A stretch of DNA of 63,947 nt, filler included, from Hyphochytrium catenoides (GCA_900088475.1; 8 parts of 8 records of this genome joined end to end with filler, not necessarily neighbours in it); one strand, 5' to 3'; shown: positions 47,825 to 61,027, numbered from the whole stretch's first letter. Numbers and translations are program-made. Notes: generated by a model not told the origin, from the sequence alone.

Positions 47825-48618
47825 AGAGACAAAAAAGGAAAGAGAGAGAAAGAGAGAAGGAAAGAGATGCTCACATTGTTTTGAATACTGGAAGGAAGCC
47901 CACCAGCACGCTACACCTGGTGAGTCTCTATATATCGTCGCAGGTAGTCCTTTCCACAGGCCCCAGACCCCGCCAGCCTCTTGGAGAGAAGATCGAAGGA
48001 GAGAGAGAGAACTCAAACTCCCAGCAGAGCCTCGAGAGTGTTTGGAGAAGTCCACCTAGGGAGAGACAGGGAAGAGAGACAGCAGAATATGATGAGGAAG
48101 GGGCGAACGAGAGAGAACGAGAGAAAGAAAGAGAGGAGAAAGCGTGAGAATGGTAACAGAGAGAGATGCGAAGGACGATAAAAACCTCTTATCCCATCAC
48201 TAGGTTTTCTGCCTCCGAAAGGCGGGTCCCAGTTCCCTCTTTCTCTGTCTCTCTCTCTCTCTTTTCTCTTTCTTCCTCTCTCTTCCTTTCTTTCTCTCTC
48301 TCTCTCTTCTCCTTCTCTCTGCGCATTCAAACCAGCCACCGTCCCTCGCTATCTCTCTTTTCAAGGACAAGGTTCCTTTGCTTTATTCCTACTTTCTCCC
48401 TGTTTTGTCCTCTGGCTGGCTGTCTTCTCTTTGTCTCTCTCTTTGTGTGTGTCTCTCTCTCATTTTTTCCTCTTCACCCTTCTCTCTCTTGCTCTATAAG
48501 AAGATCGCTTATCGGGCGGCCCCTCTTTTCCATTTCTCTGCTGACCTGCTGCTGGTTTCTAATGAGCTCTACTGGCGTCACAAAGACAGAGTTCACAGCT
48601 CCCGCCACTGTTCCGCTT
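47202..48618 (-). CDS. Mitochondrial carrier (SLC25), carnitine/acylcarnitine- or ornithine-carrier-like, 5'-partial
   Basis: Exons 48618-48546, 48055-47875 and 47503-47202. Px[DE]xx[KR] signatures TPVELIR and LPFDTVK, plus GLWKGLPATIYRDSPG and LFRGWQAAFFRGIP; ends KVKELLD*. Confidence 0.9.
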
Positions 48619-48907
48619 NNNNNNNNNNNNNNNNNNNNNNNNNNNNNNNNNNNNNNNNNNNNTTAATTAATTAANNNNNNNNNNNNNNNNNNNNNNNNNN
48701 NNNNNNNNNNNNNNNNNNAGAGAGGGAGAGAGAGAGAAGAGAAAGAGAGGAAGAAAGAAAGAAAGACCAGGAGACAGAGAGAACGAAAAGGTAGAAGAAT
48801 GGGGAGAGGTAGCGAAGAAGAGGAAGAGAAAGTGCTCGGGTTTTCTTCTTCATCATCACGTCTGCGTAGCAGGTTCTTCTTGGATCCCTTCCGGCATCCT
48901 TCTGCTG

Positions 48908-49047
48908 CTTGGCAGAGAGAGAATTGGGAAGAGAACGCACACACGACTTTCCTTTCCTTCTTTCTTTCCCTTCTCGACTTGGCAGAGAGAGAATTGGAAA
49001 GAGAACGCACACACGACTTTCCTTTCCTTCTTTCTTTCCCTTCTCGA
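48908..49047. repeat. Near-perfect 70-bp tandem duplication
   Basis: CTTGGCAGAGAGAGAATTGG(G/A)AAGAGAACGCACACACGACTTTCC...TTCTCGA twice, one mismatch. Confidence 0.95.
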
Positions 49048-49322
49048 GGGTGAAAGTCAACTCCGAACAAGGGCTGGAAAGCATGAGCCCCAGTCAGCGA
49101 GAAACCGGGAAAAGTCTCCCTATCTCTCCTCACCTTTTCTCCCTTGTTTGGGACCCTCATTCCTTCTTCAAACGATAACCAGAAAAAGTAAGAGAGGAAG
49201 CAGGCGGCCGCTGAAGGAAAGACCTTCAGTGGTAAGCACACACTACAAATTCCTCAATTAGTCAAACATAGACCTTGCAATCCATTATAGTCTCCTACCG
49301 TGGTCCCCTCCGGCCCTCTACA

Positions 49323-49991
49323 ATGAGAAACTCAGTGCTAATCGCAGCTCTAGCAGTGGCTGCTAGCGCTGTCTCTGCTGAGACCGTAATCTTCTCCAAT
49401 GGCAATGGCGGTGGAACGTTTAGCACCTTCACTTCTGGAACAGGACAAGCTTCCTCAGGAGGTTTCGTCTCTTCCACCTCCACTAGTGCTGGAGGCATGC
49501 CAGGAGGAGAAGGCTTCTCTTCCACTTTCATCTCTTCTTCCGGAAACAAGGGCCAAAACTTTTCTCAGCAGTCTAGCACTAGGACGTACTTTGACAAGGA
49601 CGGTAACAAGATAACTGAGACGATCATCAAGAACGGAGACGAGACAAAGATCATTCGCACCAAGAACGGAGGCAAGCCAGAGATCACAGTGATGAAGGCC
49701 AACAAGAAGGACAACGACCAAAGGAAGGACCAGAAGACTGACAAGAAGAAGGACGACAAAAAGAGTGACAACAAGAAAGAAGAGAAGAAAGCCGACAAGA
49801 AGGAAGAGAACAAAAAGTCAAACTTGAGGGCCAAGGACGACCCAGCAGCTCAAGCCCTGAAGGAGGCAAATATGATCCAGGAGAAGATCAAGCAGATGCA
49901 ACTCATGCAGCAGCAAATGATGTGGCAGCAACAACAGCGAATGATGAACCAGATGAACCAGCTCAACCAACAGATGTGGCACCAGAACTGA
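49323..49991 (+). CDS. Intronless secreted low-complexity protein (222 aa): signal peptide, G/S/T/F-rich region, beta-rich segment, K/D-rich linker, Q/M/N tail
   Basis: ATG at 49323; MRNSVLIAALAVAASAVSA-ET is a classic signal peptide; codon usage looks gene-like (AAG, GAC, AAC, CAG); stop TGA at 49989-49991. Confidence 0.85.
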   Translation: MRNSVLIAALAVAASAVSAETVIFSNGNGGGTFSTFTSGTGQASSGGFVSSTSTSAGGMPGGEGFSSTFISSSGNKGQNFSQQSSTRTYFDKDGNKITETIIKNGDETKIIRTKNGGKPEITVMKANKKDNDQRKDQKTDKKKDDKKSDNKKEEKKADKKEENKKSNLRAKDDPAAQALKEANMIQEKIKQMQLMQQQMMWQQQQRMMNQMNQLNQQMWHQN

Positions 49992-51580
49992 GCCCGTCTT
50001 CGCTACGCCTCCGTCTAACCTCTACTCTTTACTCCTTCTACCTGAGCACTTCTTCCATTCGTTCACTCTCCTCCGTTTTGTCTCCTCACCCTGTCTTGCA
50101 GTGATCACCGCTCATCATGAAGCCCTGCAGACGTTATTAAGTTATTACCGGTAGCTCAGCTGTTATATAATAAGACCATAAAGCTAAGGAGTTAACTCGA
50201 CATGTCAGAGCCGTTCCCTTACTTCCGCTGGGTATCGTTCGTGGTTTTAGTGCCACATCATCTCGTCTTCTGTCTTCCCTTGCTCTATCATCCTCGTACA
50301 AAAGCAACAATGAGAGACAGCATTGCCGTCAACAGTATGAAGGGGGTCCTCCACGGTACTAACCCGACCTTCCTGCAGACCCGACACCAATAAATCAATG
50401 AACTTCAACGCGCGACACAAGTGCTGGCTCATCGAGGGAAAACAAGCTTGGCATCTGTGACCTACATCTTATCATCATTCCCGGTACATCTCAACCAAGC
50501 AGGACTGAAGATAGGGCAGCTGCTTCTGTTCCCCTCTGACTCACGTTCATCGTGGACTAAGTGGTTTACTAAGCTTAGTCATCGTCTTCGCTAGATTCGT
50601 TTGGGTAGGGTTCTTAGCCTGGGTTGCCACGTGAGGACAGTCGTTCGGGATAGGCTTTTGAAATCTATTGGCTCGTGGAGCTAACCTACCTCCTGGGCAT
50701 CTCTTCTAGCTTGATGGCTCTTCATTGAGCGCTTGCATTACTTTCTAGATGCAATCTACGGACCAGAAAGCCCTTCGTTATTATGACGCAGCAGCAGAAG
50801 TAGACCGTACGATAGCCTTCGAGATCAACAAGTCATACATATTAGCAGGGAAAGAAAAAGTCTGAAGACCAAGATTTGAGCACATGGCAGGTGTTACATC
50901 AACTGGCGAAATGGGTCCATCCCTCCCTGTGCGTGATGAGGCTCATCATGACGGTATCACAGGATCGTTTGGTCTCCCCTATCGAGAGGCTTCAGTCAAG
51001 AAAGAGGCTGCCTTCGTGCGAACAATGTCAACATGGCCCACTCTTTCATCTAACGGTGCCGCTCATCAGATGGGCGATACCGTCATTGTCTCCCTCTGAC
51101 TGCTGCTTCCCTTCTAATTCGTCCTCTCACCCATAGACGGCAAGAAGTTGAGATCTATCCAAAGATGCAGTGGGTCACTCTTCGTTCACGGTTGAAACCC
51201 TCTACTTTCGGGCTCATACGTTATTTTCAAACTTTGCCCGGTACAAGGGACTATCCTATTGAGGGTAGGACTGGCTCGATTAATAAGCGGTACTGGTGAA
51301 GGTTACATCCAGATACTTTCGGGGTCTGTCTAAGATGCTAACTAATTTCGGGCAGCTGAATTTTTATGGGCGATCTTTGGGAGACTTCCTCATCAGCGGC
51401 TGGACCGCGCTCTGTCAGATCCTTTCCGCGCCGTGTCGACGAAGATTATTGCGGATTCGTCCATCGAAGTACCTTCATCAAGGCTTTATCTTTGTTGGTC
51501 TGTCTCAGAGGTAACCTGAAGAGGTTGCCGTCGCCATCGATATCCTTTGCCTTTCTTAGGTTCGAAGAGCTAAATTTGAG

Positions 51581-52278
51581 ATGGCCCGCAAGCACTTGCT
51601 CTCTCTGTTCTGCCTTCTGGCAGTGGCGCTGGCGTCAGTTCTGGTTCTCACCAATGGAGCAACAACTGACGCTGGAAAGAAATTTCTGGAGGAAAATGCT
51701 AAGAAGGAAGGCGTGATCACTCTTCCTAGTGGGCTGCAGTACAAAGTGATTAAGGAAGGCAAGCCCAACGCCCCCAAGCCGCTGGTACATACACCATGCA
51801 GATGCCACTACGTCGGCACCACCATCGATGGCGTTGTCTTCGACTCCTCCAGAGAGAGAGGCCAGCCTGCAACATTTGCCCCTAACCAGGTCATTCCAGG
51901 ATGGTAAGCTAAAGATCAAGAGGAGGTCATGCAATGGTCCAGAGCTCGAACGCAAGGGATAGAGAGAAAGAGAAACGAGAGACATGAGAGGGATGAGAGC
52001 GAGAGAAAGAGAGAGAAGAGGACATCAAAAAACAAAAGAGATGACTGGGAAAGAGGACACGAGGTATTTGCAACCCACTCTGTCTCCTGGTCTCACATTT
52101 TTCTTCTCCTGACAGGACTGAGGCCATGCCGCTGATGCAGGAGGGCGCTCAGTGGATGCTTTACATTCCGTCTGAGCTCGCGTACGGCGACCGGCAGATG
52201 GGCCCACACATCACGCCCGGCTCTGTTCTTATTTTTGACCTTGAGATCCTTAAGGTTGGCAGCGGGCACCTGGACTAA
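51581..52278 (+). CDS. Secreted Mip/FkpA-type FKBP peptidyl-prolyl isomerase (161 aa)
   Basis: Exons 51581-51903 and 52116-52278. Signal peptide, GKKFLEENAKKEGVITLPSGLQYKV, HYVGTTIDGVVFDSS, NQVIPGWTEA, IPSELAYG, GSVLIFDLEIL. Confidence 0.95.
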
Positions 52279-52999
52279 ACGAGGGACAGCTCCGGGCTGA
52301 CTGCTCGGTAGACTTACGCTGTAGGCAGGGCAATGAGCCTGAGATTAGCGCGTGTGCCAGAAGAGAAGAAATAAGACAGAGTCTTTTATAAGTTGGATAA
52401 TGAAATCTATTTCTCTTGACGAGACAAGAGATGATTAACCTTGGCCTTAGAGCGGGCCTCTTCTGAGCTTGCTTGAGAGCTCTGGGAGAACAAACAGACA
52501 AACCAACACACTAACGCTATATCTCTCTTATACAGAAGTGACCGTACGGGAAGAGCACATCGACTGTCATTTTCAGAGCTAAAGGAAGAAACCCTTTGCG
52601 CGTGAGCAGATTGGGTCAGAACCTGACAGTTGTCTTGCTGAGCCTCTTCTAGACCCTTCCGCCCACGCACTTCTCAGTACTGCTTCAGCCTAAGGCTCGA
52701 CGTTGACTGGACGATATGGGGAAAGTCAACCCGAGAAAAAGCTCAGGTTCAGGCACCTAACTGCCATAATTAGAGAACAAAGGGATAGCCCGAACCTCGA
52801 CCCCGCGAGGGCTGTACGATGGACGACAGAGAGATATCAGTGGCCACTATTTCTCCATCCGACTCTTCCTTGTAAGAGCCAAGAGAAGATCGACGTAGGC
52901 AATATGGAGAGAGAGTAAGAGAGATAGGCAGTTCATAAATAAGCATGGACTGAAAGCTAGACACTCTGCGGAGGCTCAGGTTTGGACAACCGCGGAGGG

Positions 53000-55900
53000 T
53001 CAGATCCCGCTGCTTAGGACTGCGCGAAGATCCTGGATACAGAGCGATGTCTGGCCCGTCCTAGACTGCGAGAGAGACCAGGAAGAAGAGGCACAGAGCT
53101 GCAGATGCCGCTGCTGTAGCTCTTCCATCACCCGCAATAAGTCCTCAGCAGCACCTCGAAGTGACAGAGAAAAGAGAGAAAATGCTCTTGCTGCCTCTTC
53201 CTCCGTTTGGTGCAACGGCTGCATAGATATCTTTTCTTCATCTTGGAGAAGAGTACGACTCGAGAGGGAAGACGGTTCAGGAGATGAGGATGGGGGTCGA
53301 CTGAGCTTGGCGGTCGATATCGAGGACAAGGGTTCTCCATGAATACTCTTCTTGAGCACTGCAGGATAGACGTTAGAGGACAGACATGAAAGATGAACGG
53401 GTGAGAGAAAAACAGAGGTCACGGAGCGCCACGAAGACGGGGTGCGCGCAATCAAACATTATATCTTCTGGACCGAACGGNNNNNNNNNNNNNNNNNNNN
53501 NNNNNNNNNNNNNNNNNNNNNNNNNAGAGAGAGAGAGAGCAGGAATTGAGAGGTATTGGGGCCAGCCACATTAGAAAGAAGTTACCTTGCTCCATTAACG
53601 TCTCTAGCTTTGCATGTTGTCTTGAAGGTCGAAACGGCGAGAGCAAGGCAAGTGCACTAGATACCCAGTCGCATGCAAGGTGAAAACGAGGGCGACGCAG
53701 AAAAACGAGAGAGTTTAGCTTAACACTTGCGCCATGCGTCTACGGAGTTATGGAGAGAGAATCAAACCTTGTGACCTCTGCCTCTGTCCTATGCAAATCC
53801 ACACTCTTGCTTGCCTCTCTTTCCCAACTGCAGAAAGCAACATGAAGAGGAAGCAAAGAAGATAGTGAGTCTCTAGAGCGCCCAACAACTCTTCCTTAGA
53901 CATCATAGGCTACCTCCTCTGCCTCTCGATTCTTCCAATCTCTTCCATTTCTTTCCTGAATGACCTCAGGACGCTTAATGCTTGCATCCGCTTACATGCC
54001 TCCCTTGAGACTTACCTCTCATAGCCAGAGATATGGGAGGTTCCCTGCAGCTGCAATCTTGCTTCTCCTATGCAGCGCCAGAAGGAAGCACAAGTACTTG
54101 AGTTTCAAAGAGAGAAAGGAAAGAGGGCCAGAAAAAGAGGAAAACAAAAGAGAGAAGAGAACCGTAAGACGAGCCGTGGAGAAGAACAAAGGTGAGAGAG
54201 AAGTTGCTCAAATGGGGAAAGCGGTAAAAGAGAGAGAGAGAGAGNNNNNNNNNNNNNNNNNNNNNNNNNNNNNNNNNNNNNNNNNNNNNNNNNNNNNNNA
54301 TGCTTCATAGCACCTTGGTTCCACAGCTCTGGGTGCACATATGACCAAGAGGAGCAGCTCCAAGCTAATCTCTGGCTGAGAGTACGAGCATAAAGACAGC
54401 TTGAAAGGAGGGAGTGCCCTCCAGCCGATAAGGAAAGGAATAGCCGGTCTACATAGAGAAGACGTGGTCCGATGAGGGGAGGAAAGAGATTCTCCTCTTT
54501 CCCTGTTTTACCAGAAGCTGTGCAGCGACATCTCGTCGTTCTTTGAGAAGAGGAAGAAAGGAGAGACGTGGGGAACAAAGCGGCACTGGACGGAGGACTA
54601 ACCCTTGTTCTCAAGAGTGAGAAGAGAAACCAAATTGAACAAACTTAAAAGAAGTCAGTCAGTTGGCAGTCATTAGAAGAAGCATTCAGAGATTGAGCGG
54701 TACCCAGCCTTGCCTAGGTTTATAGGCTCTGGCTCTACCCAGGAGTGGTCTTCTTCTCTCGGCAGCTGACCTTGGTTCTTGCTCAGGAAGCTACTGCCCG
54801 TGCCAAGAGAGACAAGTGGGAGTTGCAGAATGACATCAGACAACTGAGAGATAAGAAAGACAAGCCAGAGAGTGCTGTTGTAGTGACGGAGATGGTAGAA
54901 TTGACTGAGAAACTATCACAAAGAATTTTGGTCCAGCTTCAGTCGGCGGCCGAGAGGGCGAAGTGCCAGGGGAAGAGATGCTACTGACCTCTCTTCCCCT
55001 CCTATCCTTCTCCTCTGAGTACTGGTAGCGGTACTCCAATCTCTGAGATCCTGCTGCCGAGCGCGAGATAGAGGAAGATGCTCTAGCTCCTCACAGACCT
55101 CCTTGTAGATCGTCTCCTGCAACCTGACCTCGTAAAGAGCCTAGGAAAGGAAAGAGAGAAACGAAGTATGAAAGCAGCTTAGAAGGTGAATACTAAGCAG
55201 ACACGGGACAAGAACCGGGGCAGCCAGAGTCACGAAAGAATGAACAGAGGTTCTGATTCTGTGGCAATCGTTTCTTCTTGCCGTTCTTCTTCTTTACCTT
55301 CGCTGTCTCCGTAGCTATACTTTGTAGCTTTGTCGACAGAAAGGAGAGCTTCTGCTCAAACTCCTGAGCCTTAGAGCAGAGAGAAGGCAAGAGATGAGAA
55401 ATAGATGAGATGGTGAGAGAGTATAAAAGTGCAGGTAGGAGGAGGACTAACATTGGGCTGGACCGTCTGAAGACCATTGCAGACTTGTCTACAGATAGAG
55501 GTGAGCCTCTGTTCCTGCTGGCAGAGCTCTAGAAGGCCCCGTAGACTGTGGAATTGTTCTAGCAGCAAATGACGTCGATCCACCAGGCCCGCGGCCAGCC
55601 TCGCGCGGACATGTCCTCTACGGAGCAAGAGGGACAGCAGAAGGAGAGCGGCAGAGCAACAGAACCAGAGAAGACGAGGTCCCGTTCAGAGCCTTGTAAT
55701 ACTTTTATGAATGTAACTAAGGGGAGAGGAAAGGTGGCTTATATACAAGGAAAGAGGGCGAGAGCTGAGCAATACGTGAGCCTTATGCAGAACGACTGTA
55801 CATGCGAAGCCAACAAGGCGTCAAGGAAGCAGGAAACAGAGGGGAAGCCTTGGAGATAACCAGCGACTCACAAGAGAGAAGATAAGCGAGCTGTGCCAAG

Positions 55901-57760
55901 AGTCTACGTAGTAGAGGTAGAGAGGGCGAGAGAGAATGAAGACATAAAGCGGACGAGGTCGTTGGTGGGAAAAGCTACCTGAGCTGAAGTGGAACAGACG
56001 AAAGGGAAGAATACACGGAGAGAGAAGACAGAGAGAACATAGAGAGTGAGGGAGAGGAAGGAGAGGAAAAGGGAAATGGAGAGAATGAAAGAGGGAAGAA
56101 GAAACTTCACCTTTTCCTCTCCAGTGTTTCCTCTTCCAGTCCCTGGATCCGCAGGTCGTCACTGAAGACGAGGCCAAAGATCTGATTGAAGTCACTCGCC
56201 TCTGCCTCTGACTGCTGCACTAGCTCCCAGACTTCCTGACTAATTTCAGAAGATGATCACTAATAGATCGCAAGAGAACAGCAAGTAGGGACTGACACCA
56301 TCCAAGACACCACGGCCAGAGCGAATGAGAGAGAGAGAGAGAGAGAGAAAGGGAGAGAAGAGAAGAGACACTCACACGTCCTGCGGGTTACGGTTAGGGC
56401 AGCTGGCCTGGGAAGCACGAAGAAGTAACGGAAAAGAGAGAAAGTGTAGCTGTCGCTATCCTCTTACGCAGTGCTGGGCTGTCTTTCCTTCATCTTCTCC
56501 TGACAACGCAATAGAAGCGCCAGAGCGACGCCGAAGAGGACCCGCGGTCCTTCCACAAAGAAAGCATCCCAAACTCTCAGCACAGAGGGAAGCGGCAGGA
56601 GAGAGGACGTGAAGAGAGAGGAGAACCATCGAGCAATGAGTCCACGGAAGGGGAAGGAGGTCGCCTACAAGGTCACGCAAGAGCGCAAAGAATCGGAGAA
56701 CAGGGGATAATATGGCCGAGTTAGGGCACTGTCTCGCTTGGCATGGATCGTAGTAACCGAGAAGAATGAGTTAGGGAGAGAGAGAAAAGAGAGACACAGT
56801 CACCGTAAAATACGAAGTAGAGGAAAAGGAAGAGAATGAAGGGAGATAGAGAGAGACGAGAAAGGCGTAACGAAGAGGGCGAGGGAGCAGGAGAGATGAA
56901 GTAACAGAGAAAAAGAGAAAGTATAAAGAGCGCTGGTAAGAGAGCGACTGAAAGAGAGAGAGACAGAGGAAGACCACAGTGTAGGAAGAACAATCAAGAT
57001 CGAAGACGATAAGATAGAAGAATAGAGGAAGGCGGATAGAGAAAGACAGAGAGAAAAAGAAAACGTTGGAGGGAGGGATATCAAGAAGAGACAAGAGAGA
57101 GAGAGAGGATACAGATTATAGTAGCAAGAGAGAGAGAGCGGCCAGTCGGTATAGGCAACCGACTAGAAACTGGGAAGCTCAGTGACAACGGAGCAGGAGA
57201 GAGAAGAGAATGCACCTGCATATGGTTCAGGGCGATGGGGAGACGATCAGAGGCAAAATTCTCGAAGACTAAGCAATCCACGGCCACTGCGGCGCGGTAG
57301 CCGTGAAAGTATCCGGGCAGCAAGGAAGACTGGACGCTGTAGAGTCACGGAGAAACATAGAGGAGAGGTCAGCGGCCACGACCCGCATGTAGAAGAGTGT
57401 ACAACAGGAAATAAGTAGTCATCGATGATAAGAGAGAGAGAGAGAATGGCTGCTTTGCGAGAAGAGGGAACAGATATAGAGAGAGAAAGAGACAGACAGA
57501 CAGACAGAAAGACAGAGAGAGAGAGAGTAAGAACGAGAAAGAACTTGAGAGAAAGAGACAGACAGACAGACAGACAGACACAGAGAGAGAGAGAGAGTAA
57601 GAACGAGAAAGAACTTGAGAGAGAGAGAAAGAGAGAGACAGACAGACAGACAGAGAGAGAGAGAGAGAGTAAGAACGAGAAAGAACTTGAGAGAGAGAGA
57701 AAGAGAGAGAGTGAGAGAGAGAGAGTTCATGGCGCTATCCTTACGTGACAACGAGCCAGA
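53000..57760 (-). CDS. TBC-domain Rab GTPase-activating protein with coiled-coil C-terminus, 5'-partial
   Basis: Exons 57760-57745, 57336-57216 and 56664-56468 give [18 protein letters not shown]...[20 protein letters not shown]...RWFSSLF...[23 protein letters not shown]. Later coiled-coil exons are less precisely mapped; the last exon ends VLSSGI* at 53000. Confidence 0.8.
57480..57725. repeat. Intronic minisatellite, three ~71-72-bp units built on GA/GACA repeats
   Basis: GTAAGAACGAGAAAGAACTTGAGAG at ~57527, ~57597 and ~57669. Confidence 0.9.
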
Positions 57761-58619
57761 NNNNNNNNNNNNNNNNNNNNNNNNNNNNNNNNNNNNNNNN
57801 NNNNTTAATTAATTAANNNNNNNNNNNNNNNNNNNNNNNNNNNNNNNNNNNNNNNNNNNNGCACAATCAGCAGAGAGAGAACAAGCTTCTCAAGGCCGCC
57901 AGTGCAACCGGCGGGGGAGAGAGTTGAGGGAGAGGAAAAGAGAGAGAGAGAGAGAAAGAGAGAGAGCAAGCAGTTGAGGAGAGAAAGCTCAATGCCTTCC
58001 CGAGCTCCTCAAGACATCGTCGGCTTCTCTTCCTCTTGGACTAGCATATGTCTCTTCCGTCTCTCTGCGACCTCTCGTCTTGTGACCTTCAGGCGTGGCA
58101 GAAGACATCTGTCTCTTTTTCTTTTCGTCTCTCTCTCTCTCTCATCTCTGCTTCTCCTTAAATCCGATGTCAAGAGTCTGTGGCCACAGCATTATGGGCA
58201 GTAGATCTCTTCTAAGAAGATACCCTGTAAAATATAAATCTCTCTCTCTCTCTCTGTGTCTGTCTCTCTCTCTCTCTCTCTCTTCCTTTTTCCTCGCCTT
58301 TTCTCTCTTCTGTGTCTCTCTCTCCTTTTCTCCCTCGCTTTTCCCCTTTCTCTTTTGCTTCCTCTTCCTCTCTGGTCATTATCGTGGCCTCTTTCTTGTC
58401 TATGGAGAGAGAGAGAGCGTTATCGCTCTTTCAGCTTCAACCTACTCCTTTCGTGCGGTCCCCAAAATAAGCATGATGCCTAGATTATGAGCGAGTGCGA
58501 TGTTATGTTCTATGCTCTAATTGCGAAAGCCGAAAATACCTGATCGGCCACTCCAAAAGGCCCAAGTTAGTACTACAGTACGCCCTTTCCTCTCCTCCTC
58601 GCTCCTCAGCCCTTTTCGC

Positions 58620-58680
<61 letters not shown>

Positions 58681-58836
58681 GCCATCAACGGCCTGCGCCC
58701 TAGTTATTTGCTCCTCCTGACTGGCTACTGCCGCGCTATCGGACTGGCATTGCTAGCAAAACATAGGACCAACAGAGAAAGAGAGAGAGAGAGAGAGAGA
58801 CGAAAAGAGCATAATGAAGAAGGAAGACTCAACCCA

Positions 58837-59659
58837 ATGAAGGCAGAGAAGCAGCAGCAGGAGGATGGCCCTCTCAGCATCACAGGCAGAGACTGTGAAG
58901 GTGCGCTACATCTGCACTCTTAAATCTCTTCTTCTCTCTCTCTCTCTCTCTCNNNNNNNNNNNNNNNNNNNNNNNNNNNNNNNNNNNNNNNNNNNNNNNN
59001 NNNNNNNNNNNNNNNNNNNNNNNNNNNNNNNNNNNNNNNATCTCGTCTGCCTCATAAGAGAGAGGAAGAGAGAGAGAAAGAGAGAGTGAAAGAGAGAGAG
59101 AAAGAAAGCACCATCCTGAGAGTTTGCAAGCGAGGTTAGAAGAGCTTTCTAACCGGCGGAGAGTCCTTGCCGCCAAGACAGAGAAGAAAGAGGAGAAGAG
59201 AGAAGAGAGGAAAAGAAAGAGAGCGCGAGAAGGTGCACAGTCCTCAGTTGTCAAGGGAGGAGAGAGAGAGAGAGAAGAGACGCACGGAGAAGAGAATGTT
59301 TCTCTCTCTTCTCCTATCTCTTCCCTGTTACTAGCAGGAGAGCAGGAGATAGACTCAGCACAGAAGGAGAGAGAGAAGCAGGCAAGAGTTTCTTCTCTCT
59401 CGTCATGCTTCGACGATCTTGTCCGAGGAGTTTCTCCGCATTTGGATCTCTCTTTCCCTCTCGTTTTATCTCCCTTCAACTTTCTCTTTCTTTCCCCCAC
59501 TCTCTCTGTCTCTTTCTCTCTCTCTTCTCCCGTCTTCTCATGTCCGCTCATTTGTCTCTATGTTTCTCTCTCTCTATTGTTAGTCTCTTCATTGCCTAAG
59601 ACGCGGACGTGCGTTTATCCGATCCTCTTACTCTCTCTCTCTCTCTGTCTCTCTTGCCC

Positions 59660-59695
<36 letters not shown>

Positions 59696-60319
59696 NNNNN
59701 NNNNNNNNNNNNNNNNNNNNNNNNNNNNNNNNNNNNCTATCCCTAGCAATAAAGTCCGCGGTGAAGGAGAGAGACTTTGAACTGGCTGAGAAGCTAAACG
59801 TCGAGCTGAGAGAGAGAGAAGAGGAAGAGAAAGAGAGAAGAGAGAGAGCAAAGGAAGCCTTTCAGAAGCTGCAGAAGGAAGAAAGAGAAGAGAGAAATCG
59901 AAGGCGCAGCGGGAAAAACACCAAGAAGCCGCATTGGACGTAAGAAAAAGGGAGCAACAGAGAGAGAAATACCGGGAGAAGGGAGTAATAGTAAAAAGAG
60001 AGACAGATGGAGTGACAGGGTGAGAGAGAGAGAAAGAGAAAGGGAAGAGAGAGAGGGAAACAGAGGGAGAGAGAGAGAGAGAGTGAGAGTTCTGTACTCG
60101 TTGACTGCAGGGAGCGAGATGAAACATGTTGAGAAAGGGGAGAGAAATCAAGCAAAACAGAGAAGGAAAGAGAGAGAGAAGAAGTAGAGAGGAGAGAAGA
60201 GAGAGAAATAGAGGCCTGATGGTTCACGTCCGATCCTTTTTAAACCGACACTTCTTCTCCTCTGACCCCACTCTAGGTTCGAAGAAAAGAGACGATGGGA
60301 GCTCAAATCAAACATGTAA
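58837..60319 (+). CDS. FAM204A: FAM204A-like protein
   Basis: Exons 59747-59939 and 60277-60319 give IKSAVKERDFELAEKLN...KKPHWTFEEKRRWELKSNM*, matching the conserved FAM204A C-terminal W-x-FE-x-K-x-RWE-x-KSNM. 5' exons (ATG 58837 and ~59100-59380) are interrupted by Ns and tentative. Confidence 0.8.
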
Positions 60320-60677
60320 AGAGAGAGAGAGAGAGAGGCGGAGACAACAGACAGAGAGAGAAAGGCAGAGAGAAAGAGACACGCAGGGAGAGAAGAAACG
60401 GAGAGAGAGAGAGAGAGGGAGGACTAAAGCTTCAGCGAATGCGTTTGACTGAGTCATATAAATCGTTAGTCTTCTTTAACCTATCGTGCACACGGGAGAC
60501 AAACTAATTTTAAATAAAAAAACACATTCCCCAGGCTTCCACTTCTCTTCTCTCTTGTCTCTCTCCCTTGCCACAGGTGCTTCTCTCTCTTTCTCCGCAG
60601 ATCTCTCTGGGAACTCTGTGTCCTCCTCTTCTCTCTCTCTCTCAGTCTCTCCTCTCTCTCTTTATCGGGTTGAATGT

Positions 60678-60804
60678 TTAGGCTTTCTTAGGGAGATATC
60701 CTTTGATCTTTCCCATGGTCTTCAGGATCGTCTTCGTGTACTGGAGGTTCAGCTCTTTCAGATCGAGGGAGGCCGAATAGAGCATCATCCCTAGAATTAG
60801 AGAA

Positions 60805-60841
<37 letters not shown>

Positions 60842-60984
60842 ATGGTGAGGCAGAGAAAAACTTGTCCGGAGAGATTTGGAAGGGGTGTCGCCAAGGAGCG
60901 GGTCAGAGAGAGACACTGAAAACGATCGGGGAACGGAAGCTCTAGAGAAACAGAAGGGCTAAAGAGACAGCACGGAGCGAGAGA

Positions 60985-61027
<43 letters not shown>

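Noticed and set aside
57480-57725. Regularly spaced 25-bp repeats resembling a CRISPR array
   Set aside because: Spacers are near-identical GA/GACA runs inside an intron; no cas genes; eukaryotic context.
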